The notes: generated by a model from the letters alone, not told the origin. A stretch of DNA of 64,000 nucleotides from Candidatus Nanohaloarchaea archaeon (GCA_042217575.1 JBDGSK010000014.1:10930-74929); one strand, 5' to 3'; counted from the stretch's first letter, positions 46,576-56,188 are shown. Numbers and translations are program-made.

Positions 46576-46855
46576 GTCTTTCTACCTCTCCGCAGTCCTC
46601 ACAAAGGTAATTGACAGTCGCGTTTTTTGAATCAATCCTTACAGTGCAGTTCTCGCCGGGAACCAGGAACGCTCCGCAGCTGGAACAGAACCGGTGCCTG
46701 AACTCGCGTGGAATCGAAACCTGGTGCCGCATCCCTGTCCGGCGTGCCAGTTCGACATAGCGGTCGGCAAGCTCTTTCCTGCCTTCAGAGAACTTTTCCT
46801 CCGCCAGATCGAACAGTCGACGGATTCTTTCCTCTGCGATTTCCCGCGGCTTCAT
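46559..46855 (-). CDS. rnp4: RNase P protein component 4 (Rpp21/Rpr2)
   Basis: It has an N-terminal helical AEERIRRLFDLAEE and a zinc ribbon, CSSCGAFLVPG...CEDCG. Confidence 0.75.
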   Translation of the reverse strand: MKPREIAEERIRRLFDLAEEKFSEGRKELADRYVELARRTGMRHQVSIPREFRHRFCSSCGAFLVPGENCTVRIDSKNATVNYLCEDCGEVERHGFKN

Positions 46856-46890
46856 GTTTCATAAGAGTACGAACAGGTTTTTTAGTTACC

Positions 46891-47892
46891 GTGCGAGTCA
46901 GCCACTACTTCGAATGGGAGGATTCAATCACAGGAGGCCACAGCCAGTCCGTGAAGAACCAGAGGAAGATTATGGACAGGCGCGGCATCGACTACACGAC
47001 CGAACCGGATCTCAGCGCAGATATACTCCACCTCAACAATATGGGGCCTAAATCGCTCTACTACGCACGGAAGGCAAAGGAACGCGGTGTTCCAGTGGTC
47101 ATACATACCCACCAGACCGCGGAGGATTTCAGGAACAGTTTCGCGTTCTCGAACATAATCGCAAAGCCGATGAAGCCCTACCTGAAATACGCTTACTCGC
47201 TCGCAGACCGGCTTATCTGCCCTTCAGAGTATAACCGGGAAACGCTGGAGGACTACACCGGCGTCGAAAAAACTGTTATCAGCAACGGGTTCGACCCGGA
47301 GAAGCTGGAGGGCCGTGAAGAGCTGAGGGGCGAGTACCTCGACCGCTACGATTTAGAGCCGCCGGTCGTTTTCAACGTCGGCCATGTCATCAAGAGGAAA
47401 GGCCTGGAAACCTTCGTCGAGACCGCGAGAGAGATGCCGGAGCTGGACTTTGTATGGTTCGGCTACCTGAATCCTATGGGAAGCGGGAGCACTGTCGACA
47501 GGCTTCTAAAGAGCCGGGAGACTAGAAAACTGGTTGAGAACTCCCCCGATAACTGCACCTTCACCGGCTACATCGAGGACGTGAGAGGAGCATTCGCAGC
47601 AGGAGACATCTTCTTCTTCCCGACGAGAAACGAGAACGAGGGTATCGCGCTGCTTGAAGCCATGGGATGCGGCAAACCGCCAGTTGTGCGCGACATCGAA
47701 ACGTTCGAATGGCTGGAAAACGGGAGGAACTGCCTGAAGGCCGGGGACGACTTCACGGCGGCGCTTGAAGAGATGAAGGACAGGGAACGCAGAAATGAGA
47801 TCGGGCAGGCTGCGAAAGAAAGCAGCGAAGATTTCACGCTTGAAGCGGTCGGCGACGAGCTCGTGGAACTCTACCGAGAACTTGTCGATTAA
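46891..47892 (+). CDS. glycosyltransferase family 4
   Basis: A GTG 46891 start gives VRVSHYFEWEDSITGGHSQSV, a typical GT4 N-terminus. The C-terminal segment is FFFPTRNENEGIALLEAMGCGKP. The upstream part of the track ORF is antisense to rnp4. Confidence 0.7.
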   Translation: MRVSHYFEWEDSITGGHSQSVKNQRKIMDRRGIDYTTEPDLSADILHLNNMGPKSLYYARKAKERGVPVVIHTHQTAEDFRNSFAFSNIIAKPMKPYLKYAYSLADRLICPSEYNRETLEDYTGVEKTVISNGFDPEKLEGREELRGEYLDRYDLEPPVVFNVGHVIKRKGLETFVETAREMPELDFVWFGYLNPMGSGSTVDRLLKSRETRKLVENSPDNCTFTGYIEDVRGAFAAGDIFFFPTRNENEGIALLEAMGCGKPPVVRDIETFEWLENGRNCLKAGDDFTAALEEMKDRERRNEIGQAAKESSEDFTLEAVGDELVELYRELVD

Positions 47893-47973
47893 AGGCCTTA
47901 GAGGACTCTTGAGTGACAATAAGCACTGGAAGACCGGCTGTTTAAAAGATTGTCGCGTCAATGAATTCCTAGG

Positions 47974-49020
47974 ATGAGAATCGGGTTCTTCTCGGACAGC
48001 TACTTCCCGGAGATAGACGGTGTGACGTACACATTGAAGCTCTGGAAGGAACGGCTGGAGGAGCGGGGTCATGAGGTTTACATAGTATATCCTGAAAGTA
48101 GCGACTACGAGCCCGGGGATATGGAGATACCTGTGAGATCTCTTCCAAACCCCTTCTACAGCGGCTACAGGATACCTGTTCCGGTCTCGCTTGACTTCCC
48201 TGAACTTGACATAGTCCACTGTCACAGCCCCGCCTTTATCGGGAGAGCGGGAAGGTTTTACGCCTCAAGGAATGATATTCCTTCCGTCTATACACATCAC
48301 ACGCCTTTAGAGGAGTACTTCCCACAGGCAGTTCACAGCGAGACACTGGGAAACCTCCTCGGAAAACTCTACGTTCCACTGGAGCAGCGTTTCCTGCGGA
48401 AGTTCGATGTCGTGACCTCGAACACAGATAGCGGGAGAAGAGATGTTGACCTGGAGGAGCTTCCTGTAGGTCTTGACCTGGAGTTCTTCGACCGTAGAGA
48501 GGAAAAACCAGGAGGGTTCGGAGAAAACCTTGAAGAACCTTTAGCAGGTTACAGCGGCAGGATAAGCGATGAAAAGAACGTTGAACAGCTTGTAGAGATG
48601 GCAGAGGACTTCGACGGCACGCTCTTGATCGTGGGAGAGGGTCCGCGGAAGAAGAAAGTTCAGCGCCAGGCCGGCGAGAACGTGGTTTTCCGGGACTTCC
48701 TAGACCGGGAGGAGCTGCCGAATTTTTACTCAATGCTCGACGTCTTCATCACAGCGTCCACGGGCGACACCCTCGGTCTTTCTACACTGGAGGCTAACGC
48801 ATGCGGCACACCGGTGGTCGCGCCGGACGTTCATCCTTTCAACTCGACGATTGAGAGCGGCAACGGCATGCGATACCCGGCAGGTGACGTGAATGCTCTC
48901 AGAGAGAGAACCGTGGAAGCTGCAGCCCAGGATCTCGACACGAGAAAAGCTGTCGAGAAGTATTCGCTGGAGAAAGCTGTTGACCGTGTGGAAGAGATCT
49001 ACTCGAGGTTAGAGAGATGA
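47974..49020 (+). CDS. glycosyltransferase family 4
   Basis: It has the MRIGFFSDSYFPEIDGV N-terminus and ITASTGDTLGLSTLEANACGTPVV (EX7E-type region). Confidence 0.8.
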   Translation: MRIGFFSDSYFPEIDGVTYTLKLWKERLEERGHEVYIVYPESSDYEPGDMEIPVRSLPNPFYSGYRIPVPVSLDFPELDIVHCHSPAFIGRAGRFYASRNDIPSVYTHHTPLEEYFPQAVHSETLGNLLGKLYVPLEQRFLRKFDVVTSNTDSGRRDVDLEELPVGLDLEFFDRREEKPGGFGENLEEPLAGYSGRISDEKNVEQLVEMAEDFDGTLLIVGEGPRKKKVQRQAGENVVFRDFLDREELPNFYSMLDVFITASTGDTLGLSTLEANACGTPVVAPDVHPFNSTIESGNGMRYPAGDVNALRERTVEAAAQDLDTRKAVEKYSLEKAVDRVEEIYSRLER

Positions 49021-50666
49021 CAGATAACGTGGATATCTTCAAAAAGATAGTGTTCTCGCTTCCCGGCTTCAGAAATACCTTTTCAGCCGTGATAGTTCTC
49101 GGGTTCCTCTACAGTTTCCTGACCTATCTCTCCATCCAGACGTTCACCTTCCTTGATCTCTCCCCTATCTCCATGTTCTTCCTTGCCCTGCTGGGCTTTA
49201 TCCTTCCGGCAGCGGTCTCGGGGGAACTCCTCTACAGGTTTCTCCCTGACTATCCCCGGAGATGGGGCTACTTCCTTGCGCTTTCCAACGAGACCATACT
49301 TTTTGTGTACGGATTGATCCTTTCAGGGGCGGACAGCTTCAGCAACGCCTGGCACGTGTTCTGGATAGCGCTTATCACAGTATGCCTGGCCAACTTCTTC
49401 GTCCTGCTGCTCACCATCGGCTACGACTACGTAGGCAAGATATCCACACTGAGCGCCGTCCAGCCGTTGCTGGTTCTCTGCAGCTTCCACCTCTTCATCG
49501 GCAGCTACCTGCATATCCCGCTGTACGACTACATAATCAATCTTGGGATACTCTTCGTGGCCGGCGCCGTCCTGCTTGCGGCCTTCACCATCACCGAGTA
49601 CCTTATCAGGGCCAACCTCGACAACGTCTCGGTTCTACAGCTGACTTCGGGATTGCTGCAGAAGAAACAGGAGGCGCTTGAACTCGGTTACCCTACGAAT
49701 CCGGATGTCCAGACCCTTGCGGTCTCCAACAGGGACGGCAGTGCCACCCTCGTGGTTCCGTGGATTCATCCCGGGCCGCTGGAAGGATTCGGGGGCGGAA
49801 GGATAACCTCCAACATAATCCGGGAGCTTAACGAGGAGGGCACAGGCTTTTTCCTGCACGTTCCCTCGACGCACAAATCGGATCCTACCGATCCTGAGGA
49901 CTACCGGAAGATCATGGAAGCTATCGAAGAACCGGAAAAAGTGGGAGATGCCTCCAGGCTGGTCAGGGAAAGTTACGGTTCCACCACGTTCTACGGACGG
50001 AAAGTAAACGGGAGGAAAATAGTCTTCATGGAGGCTGACGAATACGACGACTACGAACTTCCAATATTCAGGGAGTCGATCGATCCTGAAAAGACGTTGA
50101 TAGTTGACCTTCACAACCAGGACAGGGAAGAAGATAACAGGAAGGAGGCTTGGTACAATACCAAGAGTTCACGGGAGCTGAGAGAGAACTTCTCGGACTT
50201 CCTTGAGGAACTCGAGGGACAGGAAAAAGAGGATTATAGCGCCGGTTTCGCAGCCGAACCTGGAAGCACTCCTGTCTACGCGATGGTGGAAGAAGTGGAC
50301 GGTCAGAGAACCCTGCTGTTCGGGATAGAGGGCAACGGTTCCTCGGGAAAGCTGCGGGATCTAAGAGAAGAGTACCTGGAACAGTTCGACGAAGTGATGC
50401 TTTTCTCCACAGACACCCACAGGAGCATACACCAGCTCTCCTCGAAGGAAGTGGTCGACACGGACAGAGTGAGAGAGACCGTCCAGAGAGCGGTTGAAGA
50501 TGTTTCGCCGGCAAGTATCGGCTTCACGAACTCGACTGCAGCGACCATGGATCTTCTCCAGGAAGACTACTCCGGGCTTATATTCAGTATAAACATCCTC
50601 ATAAGGCTGATACTTCTTACGTTCGCGATCCTCTACCTTGTCCTTGTGGCATGGATCTGGTTCTGA
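49017..50666 (+). CDS. large archaeal membrane protein (DUF2070-like architecture)
   Basis: The 549-aa protein has about 6 N-terminal TM segments, a roughly 300-aa soluble acidic domain and a C-terminal TM segment. It has an ATGA overlap with the GT4 gene. The family assignment is from memory only. Confidence 0.45.
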   Translation: MTDNVDIFKKIVFSLPGFRNTFSAVIVLGFLYSFLTYLSIQTFTFLDLSPISMFFLALLGFILPAAVSGELLYRFLPDYPRRWGYFLALSNETILFVYGLILSGADSFSNAWHVFWIALITVCLANFFVLLLTIGYDYVGKISTLSAVQPLLVLCSFHLFIGSYLHIPLYDYIINLGILFVAGAVLLAAFTITEYLIRANLDNVSVLQLTSGLLQKKQEALELGYPTNPDVQTLAVSNRDGSATLVVPWIHPGPLEGFGGGRITSNIIRELNEEGTGFFLHVPSTHKSDPTDPEDYRKIMEAIEEPEKVGDASRLVRESYGSTTFYGRKVNGRKIVFMEADEYDDYELPIFRESIDPEKTLIVDLHNQDREEDNRKEAWYNTKSSRELRENFSDFLEELEGQEKEDYSAGFAAEPGSTPVYAMVEEVDGQRTLLFGIEGNGSSGKLRDLREEYLEQFDEVMLFSTDTHRSIHQLSSKEVVDTDRVRETVQRAVEDVSPASIGFTNSTAATMDLLQEDYSGLIFSINILIRLILLTFAILYLVLVAWIWF

Positions 50667-50700
50667 AAGCTTGAAATAAGTTGGTCGCAAACTTCTCTCT

Positions 50701-51018
50701 ATGGTTTCAGAGGAGGACGTCCGGGAACAGCTCAGGAACGTTATGGATCCTGAGCTCAACATCAACATTGTCGACCTCGGCCTGATCTATGAAGTAGAGG
50801 TAGATGAAGAAGATGATGTATACGTTCTGATGACCCTTACCACTCCGGGATGTCCTCTCCACGGCGTTTTCGACGAGATGGTCAGGAAAGAGGTCTCCAA
50901 GCTCGAAGTAGGTGATGTAGAGGTAGAACTGACTTTTGAGCCTCGCTGGAGCCCTGAAGACATGAGTGACGAGGCGCGTGACGAACTGGGAGACGTTCCC
51001 GGGATGCAGCTTTTCTAG
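50701..51018 (+). CDS. DUF59/MIP18-family Fe-S cluster assembly protein (SufT/PaaD-like)
   Basis: It has VMDPELNINIVDLGLIY and TLTTPGCPL motifs. Confidence 0.8.
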   Translation: MVSEEDVREQLRNVMDPELNINIVDLGLIYEVEVDEEDDVYVLMTLTTPGCPLHGVFDEMVRKEVSKLEVGDVEVELTFEPRWSPEDMSDEARDELGDVPGMQLF

Positions 51019-51476
51019 TCTTCAGGTCGGGAAAGATCGAGCCTTCCGTTCTCTTCGGGAGAGTCAAGCGCCACTTTTGTCTCGGTCTCGCTGATACCGT
51101 CCTTCTTCTGAAGCTGCTTCAGGAACGAGTACATCTCTTCGCGGCCAGGGAACTTGCAGATAAGAACCATGTCGGTGTCGCCGGTCACAACGTATTCAGA
51201 GATAACGCCATCCATGCCAGCGAGCTCCGGGAAGACCTTTTCCTTCATACCGGCCTCGACTCTTACATCGACAACAGCAGTAAGTTTGAATCCGATCTTC
51301 TCGTGATCCAGCACCGGCCGGAAACCTTTCACCACACCCTCTTTCTTCAGGCGGTGGAACCTGTTGCTGACAGTTGAGGGCGAGAGGTCAAGGTCCGAGG
51401 CTATCTCCCTCAGCGAGGCCCTCCCGTCCTCTTCAAGCCGTTCGATTATCTGAATATCGCGGTCATCAAGGGACAT
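51015..51476 (-). CDS. Lrp/AsnC-family transcriptional regulator
   Basis: It has an N-terminal HTH (ASLREIASDLDLSPSTVSNRFHRL) and a C-terminal RAM-like domain. Confidence 0.85.
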   Translation of the reverse strand: MSLDDRDIQIIERLEEDGRASLREIASDLDLSPSTVSNRFHRLKKEGVVKGFRPVLDHEKIGFKLTAVVDVRVEAGMKEKVFPELAGMDGVISEYVVTGDTDMVLICKFPGREEMYSFLKQLQKKDGISETETKVALDSPEENGRLDLSRPED

Positions 51477-51494
51477 GTCTACACCATACCGCTG

Positions 51495-51506
51495 AAAATA
51501 TTTAAA
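51495..51506 (-). promoter_or_regulatory. TATA box for the Lrp/AsnC gene
   Basis: TTTAAATATTTT on the minus strand is centred about 25 nt upstream of ATG 51476. Confidence 0.4.
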
Positions 51507-51706
51507 CTCGTCGAATGACTGTCCAGAAGCCAGGTATTTAAGTTAAATAATCGATCTTTCTGCCAGGTAAAAGACCTTCAATCGTTGATCGACTATGTGC
51601 GCCAACCACCGTGACTTCGAGGCGGAGTTCAACGCCGTCAGCCAGTAGAGGACTGGGATCGAACTTTTTCCGTCGAGGGATAACTGCGCCGCTCCGAAAC
51701 GTTGTT

Positions 51707-52084
51707 CTACTCTACAGGTTCCGAAAGCCTTGAGCGACCCCACTCCTTCATGGCATCGATGACTGGCTCAAGCGATTTCCCTTCATCGGTCAGGCTGTAA
51801 CGCACTCTTACCGGTTTCTCATTGACGATCTCCCGGTCGACAAGACCGTTCTCCTGGAGGTTCTCAAGGCTCTCCGACAGGACTTTGCTGGATATGCCGT
51901 CGACCTCCTCCTTGAGAGAGTTGAAGCCGAGAGAACCTTCCCTCAGCAGCCTGTCAATTATCACAGGATGCCATTTCTTTCCGATGAGCTGGGCGGTAGC
52001 GGTTATCGGGCACCAGTCTTTGCCGGCGCACCATATCTCCATCGTTTCGTCTCCAGACATGTCACCGGATTCACACCCGACCAT
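51707..52084 (-). CDS. HxlR-family winged-helix transcriptional regulator
   Basis: The CPITATAQLIGKKWHPVIIDRLL signature is present, and the wing has VRVRYSLTDEG. Confidence 0.75.
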   Translation of the reverse strand: MVGCESGDMSGDETMEIWCAGKDWCPITATAQLIGKKWHPVIIDRLLREGSLGFNSLKEEVDGISSKVLSESLENLQENGLVDREIVNEKPVRVRYSLTDEGKSLEPVIDAMKEWGRSRLSEPVE

Positions 52085-52169
52085 TAAAAAGTAACCTGTC
52101 GAAACCCAGTAACTAAAAGAAACCTGGTAACCGTAGCTTGTTTAACCGAGGCCTCAAAACGTTGAAGAC

Positions 52170-52844
52170 GTGAAAGCAGTAAAAGCTGAGAACGTGGAGA
52201 AGGCCTTCGGCGATGTTGAAGCGCTCGGAGGAGTGGACATCGAGATCGAGGAAGGCGAGATAGTAGGTGTTCTCGGCCCCAACGGAGCCGGAAAGTCAAC
52301 TCTTGTGGAGATACTTACAGGACAGCTGGAGCGCGATGCCGGCGATGTAGAAGTCCTGGGCCTTGATCCAGGCGAGAAGCCGCTGGAACTCAGGGCGCGA
52401 ACCGGAGTCCTTCCGGAACGCGAGGATCCTCCAAGTTTTTTGACAGGCGACGAATACCTCGAGTTTGTGTCAGAGATCCGTGGAGAGCCGATCAACAGCG
52501 AGGAATGGGTTAGACGGTTGAAACTGGAGGGTAAGATGGATTCGCTTACCCGCGATCTTTCAAAAGGCGAGCGACAGAAACTCATGCTTGTACAGGCGTT
52601 TTTCCACGAACCGGATCTCGTATTTATCGACGAACCTCTCATCAACCTTGACCCGATCGTACAGGAAGAGGCCAAGGAAATGTTCCAAGAGTTCAGTAAG
52701 GACTCCACAATCCTGCTGTGTACGCACGTCGTTTCACTGGCCGAGGAACTCTGTGACCGCGTATTCTTTTTGAAGGATGGAGAGGTCGTTGACGTGGTCG
52801 AAGAAGTTGAAAACTTGAAACAAAAATTCCTGGAAGAAGAATGA
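52170..52844 (+). CDS. ABC transporter ATP-binding protein
   Basis: It has Walker A GPNGAGKST, the signature LSKGERQKL and Walker B VFIDEP. The start is GTG. Confidence 0.85.
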   Translation: MKAVKAENVEKAFGDVEALGGVDIEIEEGEIVGVLGPNGAGKSTLVEILTGQLERDAGDVEVLGLDPGEKPLELRARTGVLPEREDPPSFLTGDEYLEFVSEIRGEPINSEEWVRRLKLEGKMDSLTRDLSKGERQKLMLVQAFFHEPDLVFIDEPLINLDPIVQEEAKEMFQEFSKDSTILLCTHVVSLAEELCDRVFFLKDGEVVDVVEEVENLKQKFLEEE

Positions 52845-53974
52845 TCCGTCGAATGCTGAAGGAGGAGTGGAGGATGCACTCCACCCTGTACCGCGGCCGC
52901 TCTTTCGCCACGTTTCCCCTGGTAGTGTTCGGTCTCGCGTTTGCCTCGACATTTCTCACAGTAAAGTACTCTACGCTTGAAGTTTCCGCTATCGGTTCGG
53001 CGCTTGAAGGGCTTGGACTCTTCCTCGGCCTGACTGTAGGATCCATAGGTTTTTCCTCAAGGGACGCGATGAAGAACGTGCTTGGACCGATGAATCTTCT
53101 CGTGTACTCTTCGAGGACGCTACCGGTCTCAGAGAGAAGACTGCTGCTTGACTTCATCGTAAAAGATGTTCTCTACTACACCTTTCTGTTCATCGCACCG
53201 GTAACGCTCGGGGTCGTAATCCCTACAGGAACCGCCCTGATCTCAAGCGCATTGGCAACCCCTTTCTTTTTCATCACAGGACTGGCTATCAGCCTTGCAG
53301 CCGCCCGTAGCTCTCTAAGAATTCCATCCAGACAGTCGCTCAGTTTCGAGAAGCTGCGCTCTCTCGGCCCCCTGACCTCCAAGTCAGTGCTTGACCTCTC
53401 ACGCTCCAGTGGCGGCCTTGTAAAGGTGCTCTTCTCCTTCACAGTTCTTTTCGGGTTTTACTGGTTCGCTGTGCTCTACTTCCCGGTCACAGGTCTATTC
53501 CTCACCAACCCTCTGCTCTCGTTCAGCGTTATCGTCGGAGTGCTCAATCTCAGTGTCTACAATTGGGTCAACCGTTTCGACGCGCCCTCAGACTACAGTT
53601 ACCTGCCCATAGATGCAGGCTCGCTTCTCGAGGCGAAGAAAAAAGCATACCTGGCCATATCGCTTCCTCTCGGAACAGCCTTCATCGGCGCCTCCTACAT
53701 TTTCTACCCTGGAAGCCTTCTGCTTTCAGCGGTGACAGGAGCGGTCACTAGCCTCTACACTCTTGCCCTCGCCTCCCGGTTGACCGGGCTGGCCCCGAAC
53801 GAGAAGCTTTTCAGCTCGAAAGTGTTCTCAAAGTACCTGCTGGCGAACTCTTTGGTGACCATACCCCTGCTTATCCTCTCTATCAACCACAGAGGCGGCT
53901 GGATCTTCCCCGCAGCCCTGGTAACGGTCTTCAGTGCCGCGCTGTGGATAATCCGCGGCGGAACTGCCAAATAG
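52841..53974 (+). CDS. ABC transporter permease-like multi-pass membrane protein
   Basis: The 377-aa protein has many TM segments. It has an ATGA overlap with the ATPase gene. Confidence 0.6.
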   Translation: MIRRMLKEEWRMHSTLYRGRSFATFPLVVFGLAFASTFLTVKYSTLEVSAIGSALEGLGLFLGLTVGSIGFSSRDAMKNVLGPMNLLVYSSRTLPVSERRLLLDFIVKDVLYYTFLFIAPVTLGVVIPTGTALISSALATPFFFITGLAISLAAARSSLRIPSRQSLSFEKLRSLGPLTSKSVLDLSRSSGGLVKVLFSFTVLFGFYWFAVLYFPVTGLFLTNPLLSFSVIVGVLNLSVYNWVNRFDAPSDYSYLPIDAGSLLEAKKKAYLAISLPLGTAFIGASYIFYPGSLLLSAVTGAVTSLYTLALASRLTGLAPNEKLFSSKVFSKYLLANSLVTIPLLILSINHRGGWIFPAALVTVFSAALWIIRGGTAK

Positions 53975-53995
53975 CTTGCGGAGGAAAGCCTCGAT

Positions 53996-54433
53996 ATGGA
54001 CGACCTTGAGACATTCATGCAACTGGAGAAAGGCGACAGGATACTCTTCAATGATCGAAAGGTGCCTCTCAAGGTCTCGGAAGTGAACGAACGGGTACAC
54101 GTCAAGGGCCCGCAGGGCGGCGAATACATCCTTTTCAGGGCTGAGAACCAGGAAAAGCTTCTGGTCGCGACGAAGGGCAGGAGGGAGTACGCCTCGTACC
54201 TCGAAAACCTCAGGGAAGTAGGTCGATGGGTGCGTGAAGGCGACTCCTGGAGGCATTCGAAGACGGGGGAGACTGTCAGGCTGGAGAGAAACGAGATCGG
54301 CAGGTGGACGGTTAATACCTCCCTGGACGCTGATTTTGCGGCGCCGAAGTATGGCTACTCGAACAGGGAGGCAGCCCTGGAAGACGCGGAGAAGCTAGTC
54401 GATCAGCATCCGGAAGGCAAAGCTAACCGTTAA
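53996..54433 (+). CDS. hypothetical protein
   Basis: This 145-aa ORF has an ATG start. I recognise no motif. Confidence 0.5.
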   Translation: MDDLETFMQLEKGDRILFNDRKVPLKVSEVNERVHVKGPQGGEYILFRAENQEKLLVATKGRREYASYLENLREVGRWVREGDSWRHSKTGETVRLERNEIGRWTVNTSLDADFAAPKYGYSNREAALEDAEKLVDQHPEGKANR

Positions 54434-54469
54434 ATTCCGGCCCGCAAATCTTTATCTTAAGGTGATAAC

Positions 54470-55201
54470 ATGGAACTCGACGAAAAAGTTGCTATCGTAA
54501 CAGGAGCATCATCAGGTATCGGAAAAGCTATAGCAGAAAGACTCGCCTGGGAAGGAGCGGATGTAGTGATCGCAGACGTGGACGCTGAGAAGGGTAGAGA
54601 AGTAGCCGAAGAAACTGGCTGCGACTTCATGGAGTGCGATGTCTCCGAGTACAGCGAAGTAGAGAAAGTGGTGGAGGATACAGTAGAAAAGTACGGCCGG
54701 CTCGATGTCATGGTGAACAACGCAGGTATAGGATCTCAGTCAACCATCGAAGAGATGGATCTCGAAGAGTGGAGACAGATACTCGGGGTCGACCTCGACG
54801 GCGTCATGCACGGCTGCAAGGCCGCAACACCCCATCTAAAAGAGACAGAGGGCACGATCATCAACATAGCCTCGATCTACGGCCTGGTGGGTGATGTAGG
54901 CGCGACAGCCTACAACGCCGCAAAGGGAGGAGTGGTGAACCTGACCCGGTCAGTAGCTGACGATCTCGCACAGTATAACGTCCGGGTCAACTCTATCTGC
55001 CCCGGCTTCGTGGACACGCCTATGACCGAGGAAGCGCTCGAAGACGAAGAGTTCAGAGAACACGTTATAGGCGAAACACCGCTCGGCAGAGTCGCACAAC
55101 CTGAAGAAATCGCGGGCGCTGCAGCTTTCCTGGCCTCGGAAGACGCAAGCTACATAACAGGCGTCAACCTTCCTGTAGACGGCGGCTGGACCTCGCACTG
55201 A
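54470..55201 (+). CDS. short-chain dehydrogenase/reductase (FabG/glucose-1-dehydrogenase-like)
   Basis: It has TGASSGIGKA, NNAG and a catalytic YNAAK. Confidence 0.9.
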   Translation: MELDEKVAIVTGASSGIGKAIAERLAWEGADVVIADVDAEKGREVAEETGCDFMECDVSEYSEVEKVVEDTVEKYGRLDVMVNNAGIGSQSTIEEMDLEEWRQILGVDLDGVMHGCKAATPHLKETEGTIINIASIYGLVGDVGATAYNAAKGGVVNLTRSVADDLAQYNVRVNSICPGFVDTPMTEEALEDEEFREHVIGETPLGRVAQPEEIAGAAAFLASEDASYITGVNLPVDGGWTSH

Positions 55202-55226
55202 GTTGAGAAGAAATATGTAAGTTACA

Positions 55227-55258
55227 GGGCCCCTCTCAGGGCCCCGGTTTTATCTTTT
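55227..55258 (+). terminator. GC hairpin followed by T-rich tract downstream of the SDR gene
   Basis: GGGCCC-ctctca-GGGCCC is followed by cggTTTTaTCTTTT, 26 nt after the stop codon. Confidence 0.35.
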
Positions 55259-55579
55259 GAGTGTAGGTTTGCGGGTATCACCTCTTGTCCGGCATCAAGC
55301 GGTTTTGTAGCGTGACCGTCCAGAAAGGACGGGACGAAGATGAGTTGAGTGTTTTCGACCGGGCCCGTTTCTCGCCCCCTGAGTTGAGGAACGAGGTCGG
55401 TTCCCAGCCTACTCATCCTGTATCAGTTATACAGGATAAACAGGTTGGAGAAATAGGTAGAGATATTCCTCACACTCACCGATGCAGCCTTGCGAAGTCG
55501 GGTCGTGTGAGTCATACTGCGTTATTGCGAGAGCAGCTTTTTAAAAATTTGGCTCGAATAAGTTTTCTCCACCAGTTTC

Positions 55580-56188
55580 CTACTCTGTGTCGCGCCACCT
55601 GTAAGCGACTTCATCTCGCTCCGTCGGCGGCGCCCTCTGTTTTCCGTCAACGTACGTCGTGATATGTCCATCGGTCGAGCTCAGCGTCTTGGCGTAGACC
55701 ACGTCCGGCACAACAGATATTCTGGCGGCGTTGATATGTTTTGTTCCCATGCCCGAGATTGTCTCGGCCTCGTCTCTCGTAAACTCCGGCGGCTCCAGCA
55801 TGACGTTTGTGGGAAGTATCCGGCCGTTTCCGGTGACTATGACAGCGCCGTCCTGGTACGCTGCTTCCTCGAACATCTCGTAGACCTCGTCGATATCATC
55901 GTCTATATACGGGAAGTCGTCCTCTTCATCCCAGGGATTCGGATCCATGGCAAATGCGTACTCCTCGACCCCGTCGTCAGCCACCTGTACAGCGAGAAGG
56001 CCGGGGCCGTTCTCGTGCGATTCCCGCTCGCCTTCGTAGCTGTGAGAAGAGCTGAGAGTCTCCATAACGAAATCAAGCCTGTCCTCCCAATCCTGGACTC
56101 TCTCATCTTCCAGGTAGTCGAAGCTCAGCTCCGGAGACTCCTTCATGCGTTCTAATTCTTCCCGGAAAGATTTATTCTTTTCCCTCAT
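55580..56188 (-). CDS. diadenylate cyclase (DAC/DisA_N)-like domain protein with atypical RHR motif
   Basis: The C-terminal half aligns by eye with CdaA-type DAC domains. QDGAVIVTGNGRI matches HDGAVI, and GMGTKHINAARIS matches GTRHRAA. The N-terminal half is acidic. Confidence 0.5.
   Translation of the reverse strand: MREKNKSFREELERMKESPELSFDYLEDERVQDWEDRLDFVMETLSSSHSYEGERESHENGPGLLAVQVADDGVEEYAFAMDPNPWDEEDDFPYIDDDIDEVYEMFEEAAYQDGAVIVTGNGRILPTNVMLEPPEFTRDEAETISGMGTKHINAARISVVPDVVYAKTLSSTDGHITTYVDGKQRAPPTERDEVAYRWRDTE

Noticed and set aside
51645-51715. tRNA-like element on the minus strand, with a 6/7-bp acceptor-like pairing GTAGAG/CTCTAC and a T-loop-like GTTCGATCC
   Set aside because: The T-stem does not pair (AAAAG versus CCAGT). 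No D-arm GG or credible anticodon stem can be drawn. The element overlaps the 3' end of the HxlR gene. It is at best a decayed tRNA fragment and more likely chance.
55202-55579. Identification of the structured region as SRP (7S) RNA or RNase P RNA
   Set aside because: I could not find the conserved helix-8 GGAA tetraloop/AGCA motifs of SRP RNA on either strand. The CR-I (GNAANNUCNGNG) and CR-V signatures of RNase P RNA are also absent. The class is left open.
55285-55662. 125-aa ORF (and the 64-aa ORF 55222..55416) in the long convergent intergenic region
   Set aside because: The composition is basic and Cys/Arg-containing, unlike every confident protein here. There is no start context or motif. 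I treated the region as a candidate ncRNA instead.
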